Shown: in pieces, positions 1 to 9,612 of the stretch
How positions within the stretch are numbered: the first letter of the stretch is position 1
How the letters are laid out: each line of letters begins with the position of its first letter
From: Dehalococcoidia bacterium
GTDB taxonomy: Bacteria > Chloroflexota > Dehalococcoidia > Lucifugimonadales > UBA3495
Assembly (NCBI GenBank): GCA_030740155.1
Contig: JASLXV010000085.1
Location: 1 to 64,000, forward strand
Direction: 5' to 3'
Length of the DNA stretch: 64,000 nucleotides
Position numbers and translations under genes: made by a program
Notes under the pieces: generated by a model
The model's database searches: none
The model's input: only the letters and a program-made list of their open reading frames with translations
Told to the model about the DNA's origin: nothing

Positions 1-669
1 GGCGCGGCCGGCGCCGGCCGCGACGGAGTGGCCCCTTCCATTGGCGTTCTCCAGGTTGCTTTCCACGTCCAGGGCTTCGTGGATCAAGAGCCGGGCGCCC
101 CGGGATGCCTCCACCAGCTCCGTGCTGAAGCGGGTGTCGCCCGAGAAGACGATCGATACTCCACCCGCCTCCACCCGCCAGCCCACCGATCCGGATAGGT
201 GGTCCACGGGAAAGGATGAAGCCCACGTGGTCGCGCCCAGATCAACCCGTTGACCTGCCTCGGTTGGGCGCCACCGGAACACCGAATGACCGTTGCGGGT
301 CGTTGCGCCGTCCTGGTCGATGTCGATTGCCCGGAGCCGGGTGGCCTTGCAATACAGGCGTACCGCTTCCAAAGCCTCCTCGGAACTGTGGACCTGAAGT
401 GGCGGGCCCTCCGGTTTGGTCAGGCTGCGCTGGCCCTGGATGTAGGGTAACCCGCCCATGTGGTCGCCGTGGTGGTGGGTGAGAAGCACCTGCTCGAATT
501 CCTGCGCCATCATCCCCACTGCTGCCGCCTGGCGCATGACGGAATTTCCGGAGGCGGTGTCCAGTAGCAAGCGTGTGCCGTCGGGGCAATCCAGCACGAT
601 GGCGGTATGGTTTCGGTACACGCACATGCCGGCGCCGGTGCCAAGGAAGGTGATGTCAACGTTGGGCAT
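1..669 (-). CDS. MBL-fold hydrolase, RNase Z/BN-like (3' end outside window)
   Basis: Manual translation from ATG 669: MPNVDITFLGTGAG...LLLDTASG...LLTHHHGDHMGG...VDH...VFSGDT...LLIHEA...GHS. Not in the ORF track because its stop lies off-window. Confidence 0.85.
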   Translation of the reverse strand, partial: MPNVDITFLGTGAGMCVYRNHTAIVLDCPDGTRLLLDTASGNSVMRQAAAVGMMAQEFEQVLLTHHHGDHMGGLPYIQGQRSLTKPEGPPLQVHSSEEALEAVRLYCKATRLRAIDIDQDGATTRNGHSVFRWRPTEAGQRVDLGATTWASSFPVDHLSGSVGWRVEAGGVSIVFSGDTRFSTELVEASRGARLLIHEALDVESNLENANGRGHSVAAGAGRA

Positions 670-871
670 CGATGAACCCCCGTTCAAGACTGGAACTCGG
701 ACAGATCGTCGCACCTCACCGGTATTTCGTCAAGAACCCGCTGGTTGGAAGCCTGCTTCCTCTCAATCAAGGGCAGGCTTTCGGCCTAGGCCATTCTAGT
801 TGCGGGTGATGAGGGAGTCAACGCAGGCGAGTCAGTTGATTCCATTGGTGTAGGTCGCCGCGGGACATCCT

Positions 872-1399
872 TCATTCTATCTTTCGTCTATTGTTTCCGA
901 AGACTTGTTCTAAAAGGCGTTTCAGCGTGAGGGCCAAGGTTGTGAAAATCCCCATGCACATTCGCATCATTTGGAACGGAGGGAACATCATCCCGTCGTC
1001 GACCTCCGGTGTTCTGGGAGGAAAATGGGAGGCAGGAGGTGCCTCGACAGGCGGGGAGGACGCTGCGGGCGGGGAACCGGCGCCAGACGGCACACCCTCG
1101 GGCCAAACAAGCACCTGCCGGTCCTGAAGGTTGCCGGTGAGGTCGAAGATGAACTCCTCCTCGCCGGTCTGCTCCTCCCTCAAGCCTCGGCTGGCATGCC
1201 GGAACCGCAGCACCACGCGATACGAGTCTTCTCTTTGTTCGGAACTGCTATCCGTCCAAACGATTTGGTCCCATCCGAGGCGCTCGAGGTAGCTCTCCTC
1301 GTCTTGTCTTGCCAGGCGCCGCGCATCCAGTCCCGCCTGGTCCAGAGAGATGTACCCTTGAGTTTCACCTGAGGAGTCGAACTCGTCTCGTTTTTTCAT
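872..1399 (-). CDS. hypothetical protein (globular N-terminal ~100 aa, Pro-rich linker, short C-terminal helix)
   Basis: 175-aa ORF co-oriented with neighbours; no family recognised with certainty. Confidence 0.7.
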   Translation of the reverse strand: MKKRDEFDSSGETQGYISLDQAGLDARRLARQDEESYLERLGWDQIVWTDSSSEQREDSYRVVLRFRHASRGLREEQTGEEEFIFDLTGNLQDRQVLVWPEGVPSGAGSPPAASSPPVEAPPASHFPPRTPEVDDGMMFPPFQMMRMCMGIFTTLALTLKRLLEQVFGNNRRKIE

Positions 1400-1441
1400 G
1401 GTTACTCTCGCACATTTGTAGGCTTACAGAGAGCGGATCAC

Positions 1442-2095
1442 TCAGACACCGCCGGGTCCCCGGTTTTCCCATTCGGCCAGCCGGACCTCCAATTTGTGCT
1501 GTCGCAGTGCCATGGTCAAATCGCCCCGGGTGCGCTCCAGTACCCCCCGCATTTGATCGGTTCTACTGCGCAGTCCCCCGGTAACCGCTTCCGGAAAGTC
1601 CACCGTGACCAGAATGCTGTTGATCTCGTCCATGAGTTCCATGTGCTCCTGACAGCGCTCGAACGAGTCCCGGCGTAAGGAATCCAGGATGTAGCGGCGC
1701 AACTCACCGATGACCTCGGCCATGCCGTTGAGGAATGCCGCTGGGTCCACGCCCAGGTCTTGGGGCCGCGGCAAGGCTTCTCCGGAGATCATCGCAAGAG
1801 TGACATTCGCCTCACAGAACTCCTTACGGGCATCGGCAAGGAACCCGGCAAAGTATATCTCCGGGTTCCCCAGGCGCATGGGCTCGGTCTCGTCCAGTCG
1901 AAGTCTCGCCAGCTCGATTACCTTGCGGGCCTCGTCGAACTCTCCCCGATGTACCGCCCGGATGGCGTTGGCCGAACGCCGGATTACCTCTCTGGATATG
2001 GTGAGGGCTTGCTCCCTGGCCCGGTTGCGGATGGTCAGCTGCTCGATGGCTTGGACCCCGATCCCGGCAAGGTCGTCGCTGTACCGGGACGGCAC
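1442..2095 (-). CDS. translin/TRAX (C3PO) family protein
   Basis: RE..L.ISREVIRRSANAIRAVHRG, KEFCEA, FLNGMAEVIGELRR, LRSRTDQMRGVLE motifs. Confidence 0.88.
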   Translation of the reverse strand: MPSRYSDDLAGIGVQAIEQLTIRNRAREQALTISREVIRRSANAIRAVHRGEFDEARKVIELARLRLDETEPMRLGNPEIYFAGFLADARKEFCEANVTLAMISGEALPRPQDLGVDPAAFLNGMAEVIGELRRYILDSLRRDSFERCQEHMELMDEINSILVTVDFPEAVTGGLRSRTDQMRGVLERTRGDLTMALRQHKLEVRLAEWENRGPGGV

Positions 2096-3081
2096 TAGAC
2101 CCGTCCTCCCGCCGCCCGGATGGCCTCCACCAGTTGCGCGGCGGCGGATTCCGGGTCGGGCGCCAAGCCGACGGCTGCGGTGACGCAGATGGCGTCGGCG
2201 CCTGTTTCCACCACGGGGGCCACGTTCCCGGCGTTGATCCCGCCAATGGCTACCAGGGGCAATGTGGTAGCCTGCCTGGCCTCACGCAGCCGGTCGACTC
2301 CCTGGGGTGGACGGCCCACGCCCTTGGTTACGGTTTGGAAGATGGCGCCGAAGGCCACGTGGTCGGCGCCCATCTCGTAGGACTCGGCCAGCTCGTGAAG
2401 CTCGTGGTTGGACCGACCCAGGACTTGGCAGGGCGAGAGCACTTTGCGGGCCTGGGCCACTGGCAGGTCGGTCTGACCCACGTGGATTCCGGCGGAACCC
2501 ACCGCGGCCGCCAAGTCCACGTGATCATTGATGATCAGGTCTGCGTCGTGGGCCTGGCAGAGTTGCTGAAGCGCCGAAGCCAGAGGCAATATTTCCCCTT
2601 TGTCCCGGAGCTTGTCCCGCAGTTGCAACATCCGGGCGCCGCCCTGCAACGATGCGGTAGCTATCTCCAAGGGGTCTCTGCCGTCGGTTACTTGAGGGTC
2701 GATGATGACGTACAGGCCCCGCACCCGATCGGCGCGCTTCTGCCGCAGGGTCTCTCCCAGCCGGTCCGATATACCGGCCAGGGTTTCGGTAAGGGCCACG
2801 TGCATTTCCCCGCTGACGCGGCTACTGCCACCGGCCTCGCTGAGGGTCGCCAGCACTTCTTGGGACGTGGAGGCCAGAGCCATGGCGCCGGCAAGGGTCA
2901 GCTTGGGGGCCGGCCCGGCGGGCGGAGCTTCCGGCGCGGCGGATAGCACCAGGACAAGGTTGCGCAACCGGTGCAAGGGAGGGGAGTTCGACGGTAGGTC
3001 CGGGCAGTCCGTGGCAATGTCAGTCAGACACCGCACCAGAATGGCATAGCAAGCGTCTCCAAGAGTGGTCTGGCCGGTCAT
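2095..3081 (-). CDS. thiE: thiamine-phosphate synthase with ~115-aa N-terminal extension
   Basis: GLYVI, LQLRDK, IINDHVDLA, GIHVGQTD, TVTK, LVAIGGIN motifs. Confidence 0.92.
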   Translation of the reverse strand: MTGQTTLGDACYAILVRCLTDIATDCPDLPSNSPPLHRLRNLVLVLSAAPEAPPAGPAPKLTLAGAMALASTSQEVLATLSEAGGSSRVSGEMHVALTETLAGISDRLGETLRQKRADRVRGLYVIIDPQVTDGRDPLEIATASLQGGARMLQLRDKLRDKGEILPLASALQQLCQAHDADLIINDHVDLAAAVGSAGIHVGQTDLPVAQARKVLSPCQVLGRSNHELHELAESYEMGADHVAFGAIFQTVTKGVGRPPQGVDRLREARQATTLPLVAIGGINAGNVAPVVETGADAICVTAAVGLAPDPESAAAQLVEAIRAAGGRV

Positions 3082-3419
3082 GTATCCAGTCCTTTCGGCA
3101 TTTCCCCCTGCCGGGCGGCGTCGATTGATTCCCGCACCGAATTGGGCATCTCCACGCCGAACCGGCTGAAGCTTTCCTCAACGTTGCGGCCGATGTTGCG
3201 GGGATCGCTGTAGAAGTCCGGCGACGAAGGTCCGGACCCCATCGGGTGTTGCTCGTGAACTGACTGGAGGGTCTTGCCCATGGCAAAAGAGGACATGCGC
3301 CGGACCATCTCGCGGCTCTGGCAGTGGCCGCACACCGGCTCCAGCGCGGAGTTGATCGACCGGGTGAAAAAAGACGACAATTTCCCGCAGGGACGACACC
3401 GGTATTCGTAGATTGGCAT
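3078..3419 (-). CDS. FmdB-family zinc-ribbon protein
   Basis: MPIYEYRCxxC...CxHCxS...RRMSSF. Confidence 0.9.
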   Translation of the reverse strand: MPIYEYRCRPCGKLSSFFTRSINSALEPVCGHCQSREMVRRMSSFAMGKTLQSVHEQHPMGSGPSSPDFYSDPRNIGRNVEESFSRFGVEMPNSVRESIDAARQGEMPKGLDT

Positions 3420-3613
3420 TTACCGTACTCCCACTAAACGCCCGCGGCGCCGAAGCGCCTCGCTCCCTTTGGGCCGCTATCGCGATGCGAAGTCTCAAAC
3501 GCGCTTCCCGGAGTCTTCTTCGCCGGCGGGTGCTGTTCCAACGAGCCCCGCCCGCCAGCCAGGAGGGGAAATTCCACCCATCCGGGCGCCACGCTGTGCC
3601 CCTGTGGCCCGGA

Positions 3614-3931
3614 CTAGGGCTCGGCGGACGTCTCACGCCGTAGACTCTCGAAGTCCGGCGAAACCTGGCCCCCCATCTCATCCTTGATCTGGCCCATGAA
3701 CTGGTCCAGGATTTGAGGGTCGTCTTCGTCCCCGCCGCCCAGCGTCTCTCCGCTGGGCACCCAGTTCAAGCTTTCACCCCAGGACCGGTGAAAGGCGAAA
3801 CGAGACACCAGCTTGGTCATGTTGAAGCGGCCGCAATTCCGGCAGGCAATGGTGCTGGCGTTGGACCAGCTAAACGTCAGTGCCGTGCTGACCCGGCCGC
3901 AATCGCCGCAACGGTATTCGTAAAGGGGCAT
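3614..3931 (-). CDS. FmdB-family zinc-ribbon protein
   Basis: MPLYEYRCxxC...CxxCG...KLVSRF. Confidence 0.9.
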   Translation of the reverse strand: MPLYEYRCGDCGRVSTALTFSWSNASTIACRNCGRFNMTKLVSRFAFHRSWGESLNWVPSGETLGGGDEDDPQILDQFMGQIKDEMGGQVSPDFESLRRETSAEP

Positions 3932-3961
3932 GGTGTCGCAGTCCCCCCTTGAACTGCCCCC

Positions 3962-3970
3962 ATTGTAGCA
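3962..3970 (-). promoter_or_regulatory. putative extended -10 promoter (TGCTACAAT)
   Basis: TGn-TACAAT about 30 nt upstream of the FmdB start at 3931. Confidence 0.5.
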
Positions 3971-4021
3971 TGGAGGCCTTTGGCACGCGACCGAAGCTCG
4001 CTAAGCTTCCACCGGGGGTTT

Positions 4022-4155
4022 GCCACAGAGACACAGAGACACAGAGACAGACGAGCGGTTGCCTCGGCCCTTCCGGCCTCCGGATGGTGTCCACAGAGCC
4101 AAAGAAGCACGAAGACCAACAACGATATCCTCTGTGTTCTCTGTGTCTCTGTGGC
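4022..4155. repeat. palindromic repeat family A (GCCACAGAG-RCACAGAG arms), copy 1
   Basis: gccacagagacacagagacacagag ... ctctgtgttctctgtgtctctgtggc inverted arms. Confidence 0.85.
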
Positions 4156-4266
4156 TGACACCCGGTGAACCTCCGGCCCCTGTGTCCGCTCAATCCGCTG
4201 GTGTATAATGCAGAAACCGTGTTCACCGGCTGCCCCGGCCGGCGGCCCGGAAGCCAAGGGGGCGCC

Positions 4267-7044
4267 ATGGCCTCAGGAATCCGAAACAAGACTCTCCCTC
4301 TCTTCGACCGTTTGGGAGCCCCGCTGCTGCTGCTGATGGACGGGCACGCCATGGTGCACCGCTCCTTTCGCGCTATCTCGGTGCAGGGCCACCTTTCCGT
4401 TTCGTCGACTGGCGAAGTTATCACCGGGGTCTTCGGATTTGCCAACGTCTTCCTGCGGGCCATTCAGGAGTGGAACCCCACCTACTGCGCCATCGCTTTC
4501 GACATGCCGGCACCCACTTTCCGGCACCAGCGGTTCGAGCAGTACAAGGCTCAACGGGCGGAACCGCCTCCCGAGTTGCTCGCCCAGTTCCCGCGGGTCA
4601 AGCAATTGATGCAGGCCTTTGGGGTCCCCATCTTCGAGTTGGAAGGGTGGGAGGCCGACGACGCTATCGGCAGCATCTGCCGCCAAGCCGAAGACCAGGG
4701 CGTCGACACAGTGATCCTGACTGGAGACCGGGATACCTTCCAGCTGATTTCTCCGAGGGTGCGGGTGGACATGTTCCACAGCATCCAAGGCCGTAAGGTG
4801 TACGACGAAGCGGAATTGGAGGCCCGTTACTTCGGGCTTACCGCGGCCCAGCAGCCGGACTTCAAAGCCCTGATGGGTGATGCCTCGGACAACATACCCG
4901 GGGTTCCTCGCGTCGGTGAAAAGCGGGCCATCGGCCTGCTCACGGAGTTCCATGATCTCGAAGGCATCTTCGAGCACCTGGAAGACGTGAAGCCGCCCAG
5001 CGTCAAGGAATCACTGGCCCAGAACCGGGAACGCGCTTTCGATAACCGGATACTCACCACCATAGACCGGGAAGCCCCCGTGGAGTTGAGCCTGGAGAAT
5101 TGCCGGTGGGGCGAGTTTGATCGCCAAGTGGTGGTCGACCTGCTGACCGAGCTTGAGTTCTACAGCGTCATCCAGCGCATACCGGCCCCCCGGTCGGCGG
5201 GTCCCCTATTCGAACCGGGTGTCCCGGAGGTGGTCTCGCCAGCGCCGTCCGATGCCGACTATCAGGCGGTTCAGACCGGCGACCAGTTGGAGGCAATGCT
5301 GGAGGCCCTCCAAAAAACGGGCAGCTTCGCTTTCGACACCGAGACCACCTGCTTGGACCCGATGCAGGCGGACCTGGTAGGCCTCAGCTTCGCCACGGCG
5401 CCGGGCAAGTCTTGGTATGTGCCCGTGGGTCACCGGGAGGGAGTCCAGCTACCCTTGGAAACGGTGCTGGCCCGTGTCAGACCCCTGTTCGAGTCGCCCA
5501 GCCTGGGCAAATGCGCCCACAACGCAAATTTCGATTTGATGGTCCTCGCCAACCACGGCATCCACTGCCGCGGCGTCGACTTCGACACCATGATCGCCGC
5601 CCACCTTCTGTGTAAGGGTTCGCTGGGACTGAAAAACCTGGCCCTGGACGTGCTGGGCCGGGAGATGACACCCATAACCAAACTTCTCGGCACCGGGCGC
5701 AAACAGATCACCTTCGACCAGGTCCCCATCGAATCGGCGCTGAATTATGCGGCCGCCGATGCGGACATGACCTGGCGGCTCCGCGAAGCCCTTGAGGGTC
5801 CACTGGCCGACCTTGGCCTGACCCATTTGATGACCGACCTTGAGCTGCCCCTGGTGCCGGTGCTGGTCACCATGCAGCGCCACGGCATCAAACTGGATGC
5901 CGGAATCCTCCACGAGATGTCCCGGGACCTGAATCAGCATCTGCAGCAGACCGAGGTGGAGCTGTACCAGAGCGTGGGCCACACGGTCAACATCAACTCC
6001 CCCCTTCAGCTAAGCGACCTGCTGTTCAAAGAGTTGGGCCTGCCCCGGACCCGGCGCACCAAGACCGGCTACTCGACCGACGCCAGCTCCCTTGAGACCC
6101 TCAAAGGGTTTCACCCGGTGGTGGACCAGATACTGGAGTACCGGCAGGTCTCCAAGCTCAAGTCCACCTACGTGGACGCGTTGCCGGAGATGATAAACCC
6201 CAACACTGGGCGGGTCCACACCAGCTACAACCAGACGGGCTCCGCCACGGGGCGCATGTCCAGCAGCGACCCCAACCTGCAAAACATCCCCATCCGCACC
6301 GAGCTGGGACGCCAGGTCCGAAAGGCTTTCGTTGCCGATGGTGCGCCCAATTGGCTCCTCTTCTCCGCCGACTACTCCCAGATCGAGTTGCGGGTACTGG
6401 CTCATCTGTCCCAAGACGCGGGGCTGCTCGACGCCTTTCGCCGGGGCGAGGACATCCACTCCTCCACCGCGTCCCTGATGTTCGACGCGCCCATCGGCGA
6501 GGTGACGCCGGACCAGCGGCGCATCGCCAAGATACTGAATTTCGGCGTGATCTACGGCATCTCCCCCCACGGAATAGCCCAGCAGACGGAGTTCAGCCGG
6601 GAAGATGGCGCCCGGTTCATCGAGAGCTACTTCGCCAAATACCCTGGAATCAACGAGTACATGGAGGGCGTAAAAGCCGGCGCTCGGAAGACCCAGTACG
6701 TGGAGACCATGATGGGCCGCCGGCGCTTTGTCCCGGAGGTCACTTCCTCCAACTTCAACGTCCGCAACGGCGCGGAGCGGGCGGCGATCAACATGCCCGT
6801 CCAGGGCACCGCCGCCGACATCATGAAACTGGCCATGATACGGGTCCAGGACCGTTTGGACCGGGAAGCCCTGCGGTCCAAAATGCTGCTGCAAGTCCAC
6901 GACGAGTTGGTCTTCGAGGTTCCCAAGGACGAGTTGGAGGCCATCAAGGAGTTGGTCTTCGACGAAATGCCTGCCGCCATGGAACTCGACGTAACCCTCA
7001 AGGTGGACGCCAAGTGGGGCCCCACCTGGGGCGATATGGAGTAG
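4267..7044 (+). CDS. polA: DNA polymerase I
   Basis: 5'-3' exonuclease (EADD, GDASDNIPGV), 3'-5' exonuclease (FDTETT), polymerase motifs DYSQIELR, NFGVIYG, QVHDEL; TATAAT at 4204 supports the 4267 start. Confidence 0.98.
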   Translation: MASGIRNKTLPLFDRLGAPLLLLMDGHAMVHRSFRAISVQGHLSVSSTGEVITGVFGFANVFLRAIQEWNPTYCAIAFDMPAPTFRHQRFEQYKAQRAEPPPELLAQFPRVKQLMQAFGVPIFELEGWEADDAIGSICRQAEDQGVDTVILTGDRDTFQLISPRVRVDMFHSIQGRKVYDEAELEARYFGLTAAQQPDFKALMGDASDNIPGVPRVGEKRAIGLLTEFHDLEGIFEHLEDVKPPSVKESLAQNRERAFDNRILTTIDREAPVELSLENCRWGEFDRQVVVDLLTELEFYSVIQRIPAPRSAGPLFEPGVPEVVSPAPSDADYQAVQTGDQLEAMLEALQKTGSFAFDTETTCLDPMQADLVGLSFATAPGKSWYVPVGHREGVQLPLETVLARVRPLFESPSLGKCAHNANFDLMVLANHGIHCRGVDFDTMIAAHLLCKGSLGLKNLALDVLGREMTPITKLLGTGRKQITFDQVPIESALNYAAADADMTWRLREALEGPLADLGLTHLMTDLELPLVPVLVTMQRHGIKLDAGILHEMSRDLNQHLQQTEVELYQSVGHTVNINSPLQLSDLLFKELGLPRTRRTKTGYSTDASSLETLKGFHPVVDQILEYRQVSKLKSTYVDALPEMINPNTGRVHTSYNQTGSATGRMSSSDPNLQNIPIRTELGRQVRKAFVADGAPNWLLFSADYSQIELRVLAHLSQDAGLLDAFRRGEDIHSSTASLMFDAPIGEVTPDQRRIAKILNFGVIYGISPHGIAQQTEFSREDGARFIESYFAKYPGINEYMEGVKAGARKTQYVETMMGRRRFVPEVTSSNFNVRNGAERAAINMPVQGTAADIMKLAMIRVQDRLDREALRSKMLLQVHDELVFEVPKDELEAIKELVFDEMPAAMELDVTLKVDAKWGPTWGDME

Positions 7045-7196
7045 AATCGAACGCGTCTCCCGTTAACCGGGTGCACCGACAACCGCGGAGAGCGGCTGGT
7101 AATCCCCCACCCCCTTATCAGAAAAAGGCGAAAGGGGGATTTGTTGCGGCAGGTCAGACCGGGAGAACTACTAGAGAAACACCAAGGGGTGAACCA

Positions 7197-8078
7197 TTGG
7201 AACTTATTCGCAGCGTGATCTTCGTGCCTGGCAACCAGACCAAGATGCTGGAGCGGGCGCTGGCCTTCAACGCCGACGTCATTCTGGTGGACCTGGAGGA
7301 CTCGGTCCCCCCGTCTGAGAAGGTAAACGCCCGGGAGATGGCCCGGGATTGGGTGCCCCGGCTGCAGCGTGAGGGCCGCCGGGTGATGGTAAGGGTAAAC
7401 GCACTGGACACCGGGTTGACCCGGGACGAGGTGGCCGCCGTCATGGGGCCGGACCTGAACGGCGTCAGTGTCGGCAAGATCGAATCGCCCTGGGACGTTC
7501 GAGAGGCGGACCGGATCATTACCGCGTTGGAGTCATCTGCGGGGCTGGAGCCGGGTCACATCAAGCTCATCCCCTGGATCGAGACCGCCCGGGCCGTCAT
7601 GGCCGTGCAGCAAATCGCGCTCGCCTCGCCTCGCATTATAGCCCTCGCCTTCGGGGCCGAGGACTACACCAACGATATGGGCATCCAGCGCTCCGATGCC
7701 AGCGAGGAGACCTATTTCGCCCGGTCTCTGGTCCCCATCGCCGCCCGGGCGGCCGGGGTGTCCTCCCTGGACTCCCCCTTCGTTCAGTTCCGGGACCCGG
7801 AAGCGCTCCGCCGGGATCTGCAGGTGGTGCGGCAGATGGGCTACTCCGGCAAGTTTGCCATCCATCCCAATCAACTTGACATAATCAACGAGATGCTCGG
7901 CCCCCAGCCGGAAGAGGTGGAGTACGCCCGCCGGGTTATGGATGCCTGGGACCGGGCCGAAGCCGCGGGGCGTGGATCGATAGACCTGGACGGACGAATG
8001 GTCGACGTGCCGGTCGTCAAGCGGGCTCAAAACCTGCTGGCCTTTGCTGAGGCGATAGCCCGGCAGGGCCTCTCCTGA
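7197..8078 (+). CDS. CitE-like CoA-ester lyase (HpcH/HpaI aldolase/citrate lyase family)
   Basis: RSVIFVPGN, DLEDSVP, MVRVN, IETA, FGAEDY, GKFAIHPNQ, GRMVDVPV; TTG start after a purine-rich RBS. Confidence 0.92.
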   Translation: MELIRSVIFVPGNQTKMLERALAFNADVILVDLEDSVPPSEKVNAREMARDWVPRLQREGRRVMVRVNALDTGLTRDEVAAVMGPDLNGVSVGKIESPWDVREADRIITALESSAGLEPGHIKLIPWIETARAVMAVQQIALASPRIIALAFGAEDYTNDMGIQRSDASEETYFARSLVPIAARAAGVSSLDSPFVQFRDPEALRRDLQVVRQMGYSGKFAIHPNQLDIINEMLGPQPEEVEYARRVMDAWDRAEAAGRGSIDLDGRMVDVPVVKRAQNLLAFAEAIARQGLS

Positions 8079-8196
8079 GTGCATAGCCCAATGTTTCCCG
8101 CCAAGCGGAAAGTGCAGAGGGGAGGAAAGCAAGACCAGTTCCTTGGCGGACTTTCCGGTTTCCGGGGGTTTAGACAATGGCTAAATTGGAGGCAGC

Positions 8197-8514
8197 ATGA
8201 TAGTAGTTAACACTCCAAGCGTGGAAGGGAAACGCACGCTTGAGGTCACCGGTCTGGTACAGGGGAACACGGTGCGAACCCGGCATGTTGGCCGGGATTT
8301 CTTGGCCGGGCTGCGCAACCTGGTGGGTGGTGAGGTGGGCCAGTATTCCCGCTTGCTGGCCGATGCCAGGGAAGAGGCCCTCCAGCGGATGCTTCGACAC
8401 GCGGATGGAATGGGGGCCAACGCCGTGGTGAACCTGCGCTTCACCACATCTTCGATAATGCACGGCGCCTCGGAAATGCTGACCTACGGCACGGCCGTGG
8501 TTGTGGAGGATTAA
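8197..8514 (+). CDS. YbjQ/UPF0145 family protein
   Basis: GRDFLAGLRNLVGGE..Y..LL.DAREEA, GANAVV, YGTAV. Confidence 0.92.
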   Translation: MIVVNTPSVEGKRTLEVTGLVQGNTVRTRHVGRDFLAGLRNLVGGEVGQYSRLLADAREEALQRMLRHADGMGANAVVNLRFTTSSIMHGASEMLTYGTAVVVED

Positions 8515-8567
8515 ATAGTGAAGGCCGTGACCCCCTATCAGGGTAGCCCGCTCGGCGGGGGCAGGGC

Positions 8568-8936
8568 TTGACCACCGACCGCATAATCTTGGAAGGGATG
8601 CAGTTTTACGGCTTTCACGGCGCCAATCCGGAGGAGCGGGCCCTTGGCCAGTCCTACGTGGTGGATCTGGCGGTGGAACTGGACTTGCACGGGGCGGGGG
8701 AGTCGGACCAGCTAGAGCACACCGTCAGCTACCCCCGGCTGTACCGGGCGGTCAAGACGGTGATGGAGGGCGAGTCCCGGAACCTGCTCGAAGCCACCGC
8801 CCACGCCATCGCCAACAAGGTGCTGGCCGAGTTCCCAGTGGCGGCGGTGCGTGTCCTGGTGAAGAAACCCCGTCCGCCGGTCCGAGGGTCCGTTATCGAC
8901 CACGCCGCCGTGGAGATCTACCGGGTTAGGGAGTGA
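8568..8936 (+). CDS. folB: dihydroneopterin aldolase
   Basis: FYGFHG...EER.LGQ, TVSY, NLLE, VKKP.PP. Confidence 0.95.
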   Translation: MTTDRIILEGMQFYGFHGANPEERALGQSYVVDLAVELDLHGAGESDQLEHTVSYPRLYRAVKTVMEGESRNLLEATAHAIANKVLAEFPVAAVRVLVKKPRPPVRGSVIDHAAVEIYRVRE

Positions 8937-9156
8937 GCCCTGTCGAAAGGCGGTTGAGGGCCTATCCGCCATCCAAATGGCCGTAGCTCCGAGATCGGGT
9001 AATTCTTGTTCGTTCCACCGGTAGTATGGTACTCTGAATAGTCGAATGATTTAATCTTGAAAAGATGGCGTCCGTCTCCGCTGTCTCTTCCTGAACCAGA
9101 TCAGGGGTGGCGATTAGTTGAGGCGAACGTTCTGGGGCTAAGGGGAATAACCAGCC

Positions 9157-9363
9157 ATGAGATGCGAACTCTGCTTGAAATCCGGGATGTCCGGCAACAA
9201 CGTCAGCCACTCCAACCGCCACACCAAGACCCGTTTCTTCGCCAACGTCCACAAGCTGTCCCTTTTCCGGGACGGCAAGCAGGTCAAGGTCAAGATCTGC
9301 ACCCGCTGCCTGCGGTCGTTGCATAAGTCCTCGCGGGTCCGCCAGTCCCTGGCCAGTCTGTGA
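9157..9363 (+). CDS. rpmB: 50S ribosomal protein L28 (Zn-ribbon form)
   Basis: CELC...GNNVSHSNRHTK.RFFANV...ICTRCLRS. Confidence 0.95.
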   Translation: MRCELCLKSGMSGNNVSHSNRHTKTRFFANVHKLSLFRDGKQVKVKICTRCLRSLHKSSRVRQSLASL

Positions 9364-9459
9364 ACACCGGCAGCTAAGTTCGTCGGCACGGCAGATGTGA
9401 CGGGCGCCATCACCCCGAGTGGGGTGCTTCCGGCAGGCCTTGCCGATCCCGGCGGAAAT

Positions 9460-9512
9460 AGAGAGTAAACCAGATTGCCCCACCTAACGTGGGGCAATCT
9501 GGTTTACTCTCT
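9460..9512. repeat. perfect 24-bp inverted repeat with 5-nt loop
   Basis: agagagtaaaccagattgccccac-ctaac-gtggggcaatctggtttactctct between convergent rpmB and rpe. Confidence 0.9.
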
Positions 9513-9612
9513 TCCTCGTCGCTCTGCCCCTCGGAATGACAGGTCGTCGGAACCGGTCAGTCCGTTACCGTCAAGTTGTGGCAGTAGGGGTAAGGGCGCT
9601 CAAAACACCGGG

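Noticed and set aside
3420..4020. TPP riboswitch upstream of the thiE-containing unit
   Set aside because: No CUGAGA...CCUGA...GCGUAGG-type core recognised in either gap.
4022..4155. CACAGAGA tandem units as a CRISPR array
   Set aside because: Short inverted arms, no regular repeat-spacer periodicity, no cas genes.
6351..7196. 575-aa ORF suggesting a long N-terminal extension of CitE
   Set aside because: Off-frame overlap with polA; homology and RBS start at TTG 7197.
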